From Octopus bimaculoides (lineage: Eukaryota), in NCBI RefSeq assembly GCF_001194135.2, contig NC_068981.1:71948068-72012067 (forward strand): 64,000 bases of DNA. The letters are read 5' to 3'. Below are positions 63,339 through 64,000 of the stretch, in pieces. The translations under genes and the position numbers were made by a program. Numbering within the stretch: position 1 is the first letter of the stretch; every line of letters begins with the position of its first letter. A model generated the notes under the pieces. It saw nothing but the letters and a program-made list of their open reading frames with translations. It made no database searches and was not told the origin of the DNA.

Positions 63339-64000
63339 GACTAAAGCAATGAAAGAAATAAAAAAAAATAAAAAAATCTACGAAATTTTAAATTCGAAAT
63401 ATAAAAGATTAAGTTCATTTATTTCAACTAATCATCTAAATTCTTCAAGGCTTAATTATTCAAAAAATGTTTATAAAAGAAATTTTTGGAGTTTTACATA
63501 TATATCATATGGTTTTATAACACCATGCCTTATATAAATATGATGCTATAAAACACAGACTATCCTATAGCTTCTGTAACTAGCTTGGCTTTCTCAGGTT
63601 AAACAGGAAGTATATTAACTGCGAAGAGTAGTTAGCACAGAGCTGGTGTAGTCCTGACCAGTTAGCTATTTAAATAAACAACATTCAGTGGGGAGCAAGG
63701 TGTGTTGTATGACATGTTGTCTTAACTATGCTTTAATCAGGTGATGAAATGGGTGAAGGCTGAGTAAAGACTAGATTTGGAGATGAGAAACAGGTCTGAG
63801 AGTATTTGGAGATGTAATGTGATGGTTATGGATACAGATATATGAGCATACCTACAGGTGTAGACTAGCAAATAATATGTCCACATTGCTAGTAGATATG
63901 CTGGTGTGAAAGGAGTTGAGGAGCCAAAAGTTATTATATGACATGAAGGTACTTTAGGTGATGACTTTAAACGGAGAAGATGTTATCAAGGGAAAACAAA

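Overview
AT-rich eukaryotic scaffold segment with about 17 N-gaps and dense microsatellites. I found no supportable host protein-coding exon, rRNA, true tRNA or CRISPR array. Nearly all ORF-track entries are microsatellite or N-gap artefacts. The repeat set looks like an octopod cephalopod genome (inference from recognising the repeats). It includes several tRNA-derived SINE families, RTE-like, CR1-like, R4/Dong-like and RNase-H-bearing LINE fragments, three Penelope-like element (PLE) fragments, Tc1/mariner and maT relics, hAT MITEs and one probable LTR with a primer-binding site. The main signal is a set of minimal hammerhead ribozymes (HHRs) folded by eye. Three have intact CUGANGA/GAAA cores and all three stems (3672-3720, 44598-44658, 48485-48527), and six more are degenerate. 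They sit in mutually unrelated sequence, often inside fold-back structures. One lies between 82-bp terminal inverted repeats, and one lies downstream of a tRNA-like Pol III promoter. All alignments, folds and family names are manual. Most SINE and LINE boundaries are approximate (about +/-20 bp).
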